Below, piece by piece: positions 27,371-39,439 of a stretch of 64,000 nucleotides of DNA. Each line of letters starts with the position of its first letter. The stretch's first letter is position 1. The notes below the pieces were generated by a model, which was not told the DNA's origin, did not search any database, and saw nothing but the letters and a program-made list of their open reading frames with translations. A program made the translations under genes and the position numbers. This DNA comes from Anaeramoeba ignava BMAN (lineage: Eukaryota; Protista; Anaeramoebae), in assembly GCA_028826165.1 (NCBI GenBank), contig JAPDFW010000092.1, positions 806,001 through 870,000 on the forward strand, in the 5' to 3' direction.

Positions 27371-28295
27371 ATGGATGTAAGTATATAAAGTTAATTATAA
27401 ATTTAATTATAAATTTAATTATAAATTTAATTATAAATTTAATTATAAATTTTATTATAAATTTTTATTATAAATTTAATTATAAATTTAATTATAAATT
27501 TAATTATAAATTTTTGATAAATTTAATTATAAATTTTTGATAAATTTAATTATAAATTTTTGATAAATTTAATTATAAATTTTATTATAAATATAATTAT
27601 AACTTTTTTGATAAATATAATTATAAATTTAATTATAAATATAATTATAAATTTAATTATAAATTTAATTATAAATTTAATTATAAATTTAATTATAAAT
27701 TTAATTATAAATTTTATTATAAATTTAATTATAAATTTAATTATAAATTTTATTATAAATATAATTATAAATTTAATTATAAATATAATTATAAAATAAC
27801 TATAAAAATTATAAATTTTTGAAAATTTTTGAGAAATTAAAACAAGAAAGAGATAATGATGAAAGAACTGTAAAAAATTAAAAAGAAAAAAAAAAATTTA
27901 TTCAATTAAAAATTTTTCAATTAAAAATAATAAAAAGAGAATGAAACAACGTTTCCAAAAAAAAGAAGGTTTAAATGAAGAAAAACCTGCAGTAACACCA
28001 GTTTTAATAAGATTAGAAAAAGTAAAAAACAAAAAAAACATTTTTATAAATTTAAAAATTAAATTTAAAATTAAAATTTAAAAATTAAAAAAAGAAAACT
28101 ACAAAAAGATTCGATTCTGCAGATTTTTTTCGAGGAGAATTAAAAGAAGAAGATTCACAAACTCAAAAAATAGAACCAATTACTAATCAAAAAAATAAAT
28201 CTAAAAATGAAGAAAAATCAAAAACTGAAAAACAAAAATCAAGATTTGCAAAAGAAATTGAAATTGAAGAGAAAAAAGAACAAAAAGAGAATTAG
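27371..28295 (+). CDS. ENSA: Endosulfine / ARPP19 / Igo1-family PP2A-B55 inhibitor (4 exons; absent from the ORF track)
   Basis: Exons 27371-27376, 27834-27869, 27938-28021 and 28095-28295 with GT..AG ends splice in frame to MD KLKQERDNDERT RMKQRFQKKEGLNEEKPAVTPVLIRLEK KTTKRFDSADFFRGELKEE...KEN*. FDSAD matches the FDSG/AD Greatwall-kinase site. Confidence 0.75.
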
Positions 28296-28547
28296 GATTT
28301 AAAATAATTATTTCTTTTCTTTTCTTTCTTCTTTTTTAAAAAAAATTGAAGAAAATTTAATAAAAAACGAAAAATTATCAAAATACTTTTTTTTTGTTTA
28401 ATTTTGTTTTGAAAATAAATTTGAAGAAATGTTTGAAAAAGAAAAAGAAAAAGAAAAAAGAATAAAATGAAATTTTTTTGAATTGAAAAAAAAAAAAAAG
28501 TGGAATGAATTTGAAGAAAAAAAAAATTTGATTCAATCAAAATAGAA

Positions 28548-31500
28548 TTAAAGTTTTTCATCATCATCATCATCATTATCTTTTGGTTTTCCATGTTTAT
28601 CATTTTGTTCATGTTTTGAATCTTTTGAGATATTTTTATCCATAAATTTACGAAGTTTTTCTGAAGCATAAGGTTCTCTATCAGGAGAACTACCATCATG
28701 TCTTTCACAATCTTCACAGAAACAAAGAAGCATAGTATCAACTGTCATTTCAAAAACTGAGAAAAATGCTGATGCAATTCCATAAGCTAAAATTGCGCAA
28801 ATAATTGCTGGAATTATATAAAATGCAATTGAATCCATTGACTTGAGAATTGCAAGAGAAATCACTAAAACAACTGAAGTAACCATCACTTTTCCTAAGA
28901 AAAATAAATAACTTCCTACTACTGAAACTGCAAGCATTCTTAAAATGTTTCTTCCAATTAAATTCCATGCTCTTTTAGTTGATTTGCAAAAGCTTTCACC
29001 ATAAACAGCAATCTAGAAAAAATTCATTTAAAATTAAAATTCATTTTATAATTAAAATTCATTTATAAAATAAAAATTAAAATTAAATTTAAAATTAAAA
29101 TAAAAATTAAAATTAAAATTCATTTTAAAATTCATTTTAAAATTAAATTTAAAATTAAAATTAAAATTAAAATTAAAATTCAATAAAAATTCATTTTAAA
29201 ATTAAAATTAAAATTAAATTTAAAATTAAAATTAAAATTAAATTTAAAATTAAAATTACCATAATATAAGCATTTCTAGTTATAAATTTTAACCATCCTT
29301 CAAGACACCAAAAGCAATATTTCATACAATAGAAACAATAATTAACACATTTGTTTTGATTTGCTTTCATAAGTTTTCTTTGAATCACTTCAATAGTATA
29401 ACGAATCATTCTAACAATTGAAAGTAATAAAGCACCATAAGCTAAAGATCCTAAATGATATCTAAGCATTCTTTTAAAAGCAGATTTAATTGGGCTTGGA
29501 GGAAGATTCTATTTATTTATTTTTAAATTATTTTTAAATTATTTTTAAATTATTTATTTTTAAATTATTTATTTTTAAATTATTTTTAAATTATTTATTT
29601 TTAAATTATTTTTAAATTATTTATTTTTAAATTATTTTTAAATTATTTTTAAATTATTTTTAAATTATTTTTAAATTATTTTTAAATTAAATATTATTTT
29701 TAATTAAGGAAATACGAACATGCTTATCTCTTGTCCAATACCAACTTGAAATTGCTCCTGCAATAGTTGATTCAGTTATAGCTATTATTACCATTGTTCC
29801 CCATAAAAGACCAAAGAAGTGATAAATTGTCAAATAATTCATAGCAGTAGTATTCTCATAATCAAGATAATATTGGGCAAGACCATCATCATATTTAGCC
29901 TTTGGTTTCCCAGAACTCATAAGGAAACTAAAAAAAAATTTATCAATTTAAATAATTTATTAATTTAATTTAATTTAATTTAATTTAATTTAATTTAATT
30001 TAATTTAATTTAATTTAATTTAATTTAATTTAATTTAATTTAATTTAATTTAATTTAATTTAATTTAATTTAATTTAATTTAAATATAAAATACCTTGCA
30101 ACTGCAATCCAATATGCATAAAGTGCTAAAAGCATTAAGAATGTAATAAAAGGGAAGAAGAAAATAGTAGGCATTGCTCTCACTGCTGACACAGCTTCTT
30201 TAATTAATGCAATTGCTAACATAATTCTTTTTCTTAAGTAAATAACAAGGATTACTGCAATAACATCAACTGCAATCATGATCCAAAACATAGTTTTAAA
30301 TCCTAATGCATTTCTTTTATTACTATCCATTTTTTTCTCAGAAGAAATATCAGAACTATTTTGCCCTATTTAATTACACAATTTTAATTTTAATTTTATA
30401 AATTAATTTTAATTTTAATTTTAATTTTAATTTTAATTTTATAAATGAATTTTAATTTTAATTTTTTATTTTTATTTTTGATTTTAATTTTAATTTTAAT
30501 TTTAATAATATTTTCATTTTTAATTTTAATTTTAATTTTAATTTTATTTACATTGAACATAGAAATACCAAGTTAAAAGTCCTAATGATGCTAAGAAACA
30601 TAAAACTGTTAACCAAACCATAAATCCTCCAATAAGTTTTAAAAGCCATAACCAAAGGAAAGCAAATACAACAGCAGCTCCACAGGCAACAAGAAATACC
30701 CACCAACTTTGAACAAAATCTCCCATAATTTTAGCAGTTGTTGAAGTATTTTTTTCATTATTTTTGCTTGGTTTTCTGCTTCATTATCTTCTGTTAAATC
30801 AGGAATACATCTTCTTAAAACTATTATTTAATTATAAATTATATTTTAATATTAATTATAAATTATATTTTAATATTAATTATAAATTATATTTTAATAT
30901 TAATTATAAATTATATTTTAATATTAATTATAAATTATATTTTAATATTAATTATAAATTATATTTTAATATTAATTATAAATTATATTTTAATATTAAT
31001 TATAAATTATATTTTAATATTAATTATAAATTATATTTTAATATTAATTATAAATTATATTTTAATATTAATTTTAAATTATATTTTAATATTAATTTTA
31101 AATTATATTTTAATATTAATCATAAATTATATTTTAAATTATATTTTAATATTAATTATGAATTATATTTTAATTTAAAAAATTTACCTGAAATTGAATC
31201 ATAGGCACAATATGTTGCATTGAAATCGTTTGAGGTCATATAAGGTGTGATCTCTAATCCTGGACAATTGTCATTTAATGCATTTGTAAAATCACCTTGA
31301 TCAGGACATTCAGAAACACAAAATTCTCGCCACGGATTAATTGCAGGAAAGAAGCATTTGGTTTTCTCTGTTAAATCTGTTAAGAAATCAAGATCATTAA
31401 TATTATCAACTTGATCTTTTATTTTATCAACAAGTTTTGAATTATCCATTCCACAAACATTTCCTCGAAAATCACTTGGGTAATAAAGTCTATTATAATT

Positions 31501-33044
31501 AAAATTAAAATTAAAATTAAAATTAAAATTAAAATTAAAATTAAAATTTAAAATTAAAATCAAAATTAAAATTAAAATTAAAATTAAAATTAAAATTAAA
31601 ATTAAAATTAAAATTAAAATTAAAATTAATTAAAATTAAAATTAAAAATTAAAATTAAAATTAAAATTAAAATTAAAATTAAAATTAAAATTAAAATTAA
31701 AATTAAAATTATAATTATAATTAAAATTAATATTAAAATTAAAATTAAAATTAAAAATTAAAATTAAAATTAAAATTAAAATTAAAATTAAAATTAAAAT
31801 TAAAATTAAAATTAAAATTAAAATTAAAATTAAAATTAAAATTAAAAATTAAAATTAAAATTAAAATTAAAATTAAAATTAATATTAATATTAAAATTAA
31901 AATTAAAATTAAAATTAAAATTAAAATTAAAATTAAAAATTAAATTAAAATTAAAATTATAATTTACCTTTTCATTTTAAAATTAAAATTAAAATAATAA
32001 TAAAAAAAATTAAAAATTAAAAATTAAAATTAAAAAAAAAAAATAAAAATTAAAATTAAAATTTTAAAAATTAAATTTAAAATGAAAAATTAAAATAAAA
32101 AAAAAATGAAAATTAAAATTAAAATTAAAATTAAAATTAAAATTAAAATTAAAATTAAAATTAAAATTAAATTAAAATTAAAATTAAAATTAAAATTAAA
32201 ATTAAAATTAAAATTAAAAATTAAAAATAAAATTAAAATTAAAATTAAAATTAAAAATTAAAAATTAAAAATTAAATTTTAAAATTAAAAATGAAATTAT
32301 AAAAATTAAAATTAAAAATTAAAATTAATTAAAATTAAAATTAAAATTAAAATTAAAATTAAAATTAAAATTAAAATTAAAATTAAAATTAAAATTAAAA
32401 TCAAAATTAAAATTAAAATTAAAATTAAAATTAAAATTAAAATTAAAATTAAAATTAAAATTAAAATTAAATTAAAATCAAAAATTAAAATAAAATCAAA
32501 AATTAAAATTAATATTAAAATTAAAATTATATTTACCTTTTTGGTGTTCCAGTCGCAAAACCAACAGCCATAATAATAAGCATTCCAATCCAGAAAATAA
32601 TGAAAAGAACTAAACAGAAAAAATCCTTTTCATTTCGAAAAATTAATTTGTAAAAAAAAAAGGGAATGAAAATTATAATTTAATTATTTTTAATAAATAA
32701 AAAGTTTTTGCTTTTTTTTTTTAATTTATTTAATTACTCTGCATTTTCTTTGGTCAATTGGTCCATGAAAATCTTCTTCATAATCAAACTGAAGATATTT
32801 TTAAAATTTAATTGGAAATTTTTCAATTATAAAAATTATTGTAAAATTTAATTGGAAAATTTAATTATTAAATAAAAAAAAATGGCAAAATGAACAAAAA
32901 AATAAAAGGAAAAAAAAGAAAATAAAAATTAATAAAAAAGGAAAATGATTTGTTTTTTGTTTTTGTTTGTGTTTGTGTTTTTGGATTGAATTAACTTACT
33001 GCTTCATCTGTATCTTTGTTTGTTATTGTTGTTGATGACTTCAT
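28548..33044 (-). CDS. SLC44A: Choline transporter-like protein (CTL/SLC44/Pns1 family), ~10 exons
   Basis: ATG 33044. Motifs FHGPIDQRKCRDFFCLVLFIIFWIGM, RLYYPSDFRGNVCG, TIAGAISSWYW, RYHLGSLAYGAL, KFITRNAYIMIAVYGESFCKS and VDTMLLCFCED. One apparent frameshift near 30750. Confidence 0.93.
30826..31170. repeat. Near-perfect 24-bp intronic tandem repeat (attaattataaattatattttaat)
   Basis: Direct inspection. Confidence 0.9.
31495..32530. repeat. Intronic (aaaatt)n hexamer microsatellite
   Basis: Direct inspection. Confidence 0.9.
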
Positions 33045-33267
33045 TTTGTTTTGAAAAGAAAAAAAAATTAAAAAAATAAAAAAAATAACGAAATAAGAAA
33101 AAGAAGATAAAAAGAAGAAAAAAAAATGAATTTAATTTTTTTAATTAAATTTTGATCAAAAACAAAAATAAAAAACAAATGATGATTAATTATTATTTGT
33201 TTTTATTAATTTTTCTTTCTTTTTTTTTTTGAATTTAATTTTTTTCATTTTTTTCCATTACATTTCA

Positions 33268-35387
33268 ATGAAATTTATTTATAAAATCAAAATTAAATTG
33301 TAAATCAAAATGAAAATCAAAATTTAAACCAAAATCAAAATCAAAATGTAAATCAAAATATAAATCAAAATGTAAATTGTAAATTAAAATGTAAATCAAA
33401 ATTTAAATCAAAATTTAAATCAAAATGTAAATCAAAATGTAAATCAAAATGTAAATCAAAATCAAAATCAAAATGTAAATCAAAATGTAAATCAAAATGT
33501 AAATTAAAATGGAAATCAAAATCAAAATCAAAATGTAAATCAAAATGTAAATCAAAATGTAAATTAAAATATAAATCAAAATGTAAATCAAAATATAAAT
33601 CAAAATGTAAATCAAAATGTAAATTGTAAATCAAAATGTAAATCAAAATGTAAATCAAAATGTAAATCAAAATGTAAATCAAAATGTAAATCAAAATGTA
33701 AATCAAAATGTAAATCAAAATGTAAATTAAAATGTAAATCAAAATCAAAATGTAAATTAAAATTTAAATCAAAAATAAATCAAAATGTAAATCAATTTGG
33801 AAACTAAATTATAAATCAAAATGTAAATCAAAATGGAAATTAAATTATAAATCAAATTATAAATCAAAATGTAAATTAAAATATAAATCAAAATGTAAAT
33901 TAAAATGTAAATCAAAATTAAAATGTAAATCAAAAATGTAAATCAAACAAAATCAAAATCAAAAATTAAATTAAAATCAAAATGTAAATCAAAAATGTAA
34001 ATTAAAATCAAATCAAAATGTAAATCAAAAAAATAAATTAAAAAATAAATCAAAATAAAAATCAAAAAATAAATCCAAAATCAAAATCAAAATGTAAATC
34101 AAAATGTAAATCAAAATAAAAAAATATAAATCAAAAATGTAAAATCAAAAATAAATCAAAAAAATCAAAATTTAAATCAAAAAATAAATCAAAATTAAAA
34201 AATGTAAAAATGTAAATCAAAATGTAAATCAAAAATGTAAATCAAAAATGTAAATCAAAATAAATCAAAATCAAAATCAAAATGTAAATAAAAAATCAAA
34301 ATTTAAATCAAAATGTAAAATCAAAATTTAAATCAAAATTTAAATCAAAAATGTAAATCAAAAAATAAATCAAAAAATAAATCAAAATCAAAATCAAAAT
34401 CAAAAAATGTAAATCAAAATGTAAATCTAAAAAATAAATCAAAAAATAAAAAAATTTAAACCAAAAATATAAATCAAAATGTAAATCAAAAAATCAAAAT
34501 CAAAATTAAAATTAAATCAAAATGTAAATCAAAAATAAAATAAAATTTAAATCAAAATGTAAATTAAAAAAATCAAAATGTAAATCAAAAATGTAAATCA
34601 AAATGTAAAATCAAATGTAAATCAAAATCAAAATCAAAATGTAAATCAAATTGGAAACTAAATTGGAAATCAAAATGAAATCAAATGTAAATCAAAATGT
34701 AAATTAAAATGTAAATAAAATGTAAATCAAAATGTAAATTAAAAATGTAAATCAAAAATGTAAATTAAAAATGTAAATCAAAAACAAATTAAAATCAAAA
34801 TGTAAATCAAAAAATGTAAATCAAAATCAAAATAAAAATAAATCAAAATCCAAAATTAAAATGTAAATTAAAATGAAATCAAATCAAAATTAAAATCAAA
34901 ATCAAAATCAAAATCAAAATCAAAATCAAATTTAAATCAAAATCAAAATCAAAATCAAAATTTAAATTTAAATCAAAATTTAAATCAAAATTTAAATCAA
35001 AATCTAATTTTAAATCAAAATCTAAAATCAAATCCAAAATTAAATTTTCGAAAATTATTTTTACATTCAAGTAAAAATAAAAATGAAAATAAAAATAAAA
35101 ATGAAAATGAAAATAAAAATAAAAATAAAAATGAAAATGAAAATAAAAATGATTATGATTATGAAGATGAAGATTTTATTCCAAATTTCAATGAAATTAA
35201 AGAATCTTTTCCAAAAGAATTTAAACAAACAAATACAAGTTTAGATGATTTATTTTCTGGTTTTATTGGAAATGAAAAAGAAAAATCAAAAAATTCCAAA
35301 AATTTTGAAAATAATCAAAAAAAAGAAATTAAAAAAAATTCAATTAAAGATTTAAAGAAAGATGTTTTTATCTGGAAAAGAAAATAA
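33268..35387 (+). CDS. Hypothetical protein; the unique terminal exon (~35072-35387) is open, the 5' part is uncertain
   Basis: Stop-free, non-repetitive frame DYDYEDEDFIPNFNEIKESFPKEFKQTNTSLDDLFSGFIGNEK...KDVFIWKRK*. ATG 33268 follows a TTTTTCATTTTT motif, and a GT(33300)..AG(35071) intron would join them in frame. Confidence 0.35.
33290..35040. repeat. Degenerate 12-bp tandem repeat (aaatcaaaatgt), ~1.75 kb
   Basis: Direct inspection. Confidence 0.9.
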
Positions 35388-35520
35388 AAATTAAAATAAT
35401 AAAATTAAAAATTTAAAATTTGGAAAATAAAAAAAAAGCAAAAAAAAAAAATTATTAAAATAAATTTTTTTCATTTTTTTTTTCATTTTCTTTTTTATTT
35501 TCTTTTTTCTTTTTAAAAAT

Positions 35521-37145
35521 ATGTCTCAATCCAAAACATTAAAAATATTAATTATTGGAAATTCTCTTGTTGGAAAAAGTTCACTTTTACTTAGATTTTG
35601 TGATAATCAATTTAATGAAGATTTAGGAACAACAATCGGTGTTGATTTTAGATTTGCAACTGTTAAAATAAATGATGAAGTTGTTAAATTACAAATTGTA
35701 TTAAATTTAAATTTAAAAACGTTTTTTTTTTATATAAGTTATTTTTAATTTTGAAATTAATTTATATAAAAAAAAAACAATAATTAATTAATAAATTTAT
35801 TTTAATTTATTAATTAAATTATTTAATAAAATTATTTTATTTTTATTTAGTGGGATACTGCTGGTAAATTATACTTTAAAAAAAAGCAAAAAAAAAAAGA
35901 AAAAGAAAAAGAAAAAGAAAAAGAAAATACTTCATTTTTTTTCTTTTAAAGCAAAATATACAATTTATTTTATTAATTTAAATTTATTTCAATTTATTTT
36001 ATTAATTTAAATTTATTTCAATTTATTTTATTAATTAAATTTATTTCAATTTATTTTATTAATTAAATTTATTTCAATTTATTTTATTAATTAAATTTAT
36101 TTCAATTTATTTTATTAATTAAATTTATTTCAATTTATATTATTAATTAAATTTATTTCAATTTATTTTATTAATTTAAATTTATTTCAATTTATTTTAT
36201 TAATTAAATTAATTTCAATTTATTTTATTAATTAAATTTATTTCAATTTATTATATTAATTAAATTTATTTCAATTTATTTTATTAATTAAAATTAATTC
36301 CAATTTATTTTATTATTTTAAATTTATTTCAATTTATTTTATTATTTTAAATTTATTTCAATTTATTTTATTATTTAAATTCATTTCAATTTATTTTATT
36401 ATTTAAATTCATTTCAATTTATTTTATTAATTAAATTCATTTCAATTTATTTTATTAATTAAATTTATCAGGACAAGAAAGATTTAGAACAATTACAGGT
36501 ACTTATTATAGAAATGCAGATGGAATTATGGTTGTTTATGATATTACTAATAAAGATACTTTTGATCAAATAAAACTTTGGTTTCAAGAAATTAAAAAAA
36601 ATGCACCAGAAAATGTTGTGAATATTTTAGTTGGAAATAAAACAGATTTAGCACAACAAAGAGTTGTTAGTTATGAAGATGGACAAGTAAATTTATATCA
36701 AAAAATTTATTAAAAAAAATTTTATTTGGAAATTCAAATTTTTTTAATTAGAAACTTGCAAAACAATTTAAATGTGATTTTCTTGAAGTTTCAGCAAAAA
36801 GTAATTCAAATGTTCAAGAATCTTTTCATTTACTTGCTGAACAAACTCTTCAAAAGTAGAAACAAAATTTTAATTCAAAACAAAATTTTTAATCCAAAAC
36901 AAAATTTTAATTCAAAACAAAATTTTTAATTCAAAACAAAAATTTTAATTCAAAACAAAATTTTAATTCAAAACAAAATTTTTAATCCAAAACAATTTTT
37001 AATTCAAAACAAAATTTTAATTCAAAACAAAAATTTTAATCCAAAACAAAATTTTTTTAAAAATAGTTTTAATAAGAAAAAAACAAAGAATAGAAAAGGT
37101 CTTAAATTTAATAAAGATACTCCTGATAAGAAATCATGTTGCTAA
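35521..37145 (+). CDS. Rab-family small GTPase (Rab1/8/18-like), 5 exons
   Basis: GNSLVGKSS, TIGVDF, WDTAGQERFRTIT, GNKTDL, EVSAK and C-terminal KKSCC. Exons 35521-35697, 35851-35863, 36472-36687, 36752-36855 and 37066-37145. Confidence 0.95.
35960..36468. repeat. ~28-bp intronic tandem repeat (aattaaatttatttcaatttattttatt)
   Basis: Direct inspection. Confidence 0.85.
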
Positions 37146-37199
37146 AAAATAATATTGGAAAATATTTAAATTTACTTGATTCTAAAATTTTTATCCAAA

Positions 37200-37700
37200 A
37201 AATCAAAATCAAAATCAATTTAAATTAAAATCAAAAAATCAAAATCAAAATCAAAATCAAAATCAAAATCAATTTAAATTAAAATCAAAATCAAAATTAA
37301 AATCAAAATTAAATTCAAAATAAAATATCAAATTAAAATCAAAAAATCAAAATCAAAATCAATATTAAAATTAAAATTAAAATCAAAATTAAAATCAAAA
37401 TTAAAATCAAAATTAAAATCAAAATTAAAATCAAAATTAAAATCAAAATCAAAATCAAAATCAATTTAAATTAAAATCAAAATCAAAATTAAAATCAAAA
37501 TCAAAATCAAAATCAAAATCAAAATCAAAATCAAAATTAAAATCAAAATTAAAATTAAATTCAAAATTAAAATTAATTTCAAAATTAAAATTAAAATTCA
37601 AAATTAAAATCAAAATCAAAATTAAAATTAAAATCAAAATCAAAATCAAAATCAAAATCAAAATTAAAATTAAAATCAAAATTAAAATCAAAATTAAAAT
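37200..37700. repeat. (aaaatc/aaaatt)n hexamer tract downstream of the Rab gene
   Basis: Direct inspection. Confidence 0.85.
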
Positions 37701-37997
37701 TGAAAAGAAAGTTTTCTATTATTTTCTCTTTATTTTCTTTTTAAAAATTATTTTCTTTTTTTTCTCTTTTTTTTTATATTTTTTTCTTTAAAAAATTTGA
37801 ATTTTTAAGAAAAGAAAATAATAATTTATAATTGTTATTTTGTTTAATTCAAACAAAAAAGAATCAAAATAATATTTTCCAAAATAAAAATAATTCAAAA
37901 ATTTTTTAATTTTTTAATTTTTTAATTTTCATTTTTTTTTTCATTTTTCTTTTTTCAAATTTAAAAAATAAATAAAAAATAAAATAATAAAAATATA

Positions 37998-39249
37998 ATG
38001 ATTTACAATCTTTTTATTTTTTCAAAAGATAATAAATGTCTTTATTATTATGAATGGAATAGACCTTTAAAAGCAGATTCATTAGATTATGAAAAAGAAA
38101 ATTTAAGTGGTTTATTAATTGCAATTTGTGATTTTGTTTCTAAAATTTCTCCAATAAAGTAAATTCAAAAAAATAGATTAAAATCAAAAATAGATCCAAA
38201 TTAAAAAAAATAATAAATTTTCAAATTAAAATATAAATTTAAATTAAAAATAATTCAAAAAAATTTTTAAAAATTCAAATTAAAAATAAATTTTTAAATT
38301 AAATTTTAAATATAAATTTTTAAATTTTTCTTTTTCAAATTTAAAAATAAATAAAAATAAAATAATAAAAAAATCAAATAAAATAAATTCAAATTTATAA
38401 ATCTTTTTATTTTTTAAAAAAATAAATAAATAAATTTAAATTTATTATTATGAATTAAATAGACCTTTAAAAGCAGATTAAATTAAATTATGAAAATAAA
38501 AAATTTAATGGTTTATTAAATTTAAATATTTAAATTGATTTAAAAATTTAAATTAAAATAAATATAAATTTAAATTAAATTTAAATTAAATATAAATAAA
38601 CTAAATTAAAAAAATAAATTCAAATTAAATAAATTCAAATTAAATATAAATTTAAATATAAATTTAAATTAAATATAAATTTAAATTAAATATAAAATAA
38701 ATTTATAAATTTAAATAAATTAAATTAAATATAAATTTAAATTAAATATAAATATAAATTAAAAATAAATTTAAATTAAATATAAATTTAAATTAAATAA
38801 TTAATAAAAATAAAATATAAATTAAATTTAAATTAAAAATAAATTCAAATTAAAAATAAATTTAAATTAAATATAAATTTAAATTAAATATAAATTTAAA
38901 TTAAATATAAATTTAAATTAAATATAAATTCAAATTAAATATAAATTTAAATTAAATATAAATTCAAATTAAATAATTAATAAAAATAAATAGACCTTCT
39001 TTTTTTAAAAGTTATTCAACAAGTTCTTATAAACTTCATTATTATGAAAGTCTTTCAGGTTTTAGAATGGCAATTTTAACAGATCCAACAACTGGTGATT
39101 TAACTGATTCTCTTGAATATATTTATGGAGAATTATTTACTAATTATGTTATGAAAAATCCTCTTTATGAAATTGGTCAAGAAATTAAAAGTCAAAAATT
39201 TATTTATGAACTTGATCTTTATATTTCAAAACTTCCTTTTTTTAAATAA
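37998..39249 (+). CDS. TRAPPC1: TRAPP complex subunit Bet5/TRAPPC1, 2 exons
   Basis: Exon 1 37998-38158 (MIYNLFIFSKDNKCLYYYEWNR...SKISP). Exon 2 38994-39249 (FKSYSTSSYKLHYYESLSGFRMAILTDP...YVMKNPL). Confidence 0.92.
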
Positions 39250-39439
39250 ATTCAAATTCAAATTCATTATAATTTTTTTTTTAATTAATTTTCTATTTTA
39301 AATAAAAGAAAAGAAAAGAAAGAAAAATAAAAATAAAAGGTATTTATTGTTTTTAAAATTTATTTATGAATGAAATTTATTTTTTTGTAAGAATTTAAAA
39401 GGAAAAAAATAATTTTTTCCAATTTAAATTTGTTCTATT

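Noticed and set aside
31495-32530. Telomeric repeat tract
   Set aside because: (TTAAAA)n lacks G, lies inside introns, and occurs in both orientations across the window.
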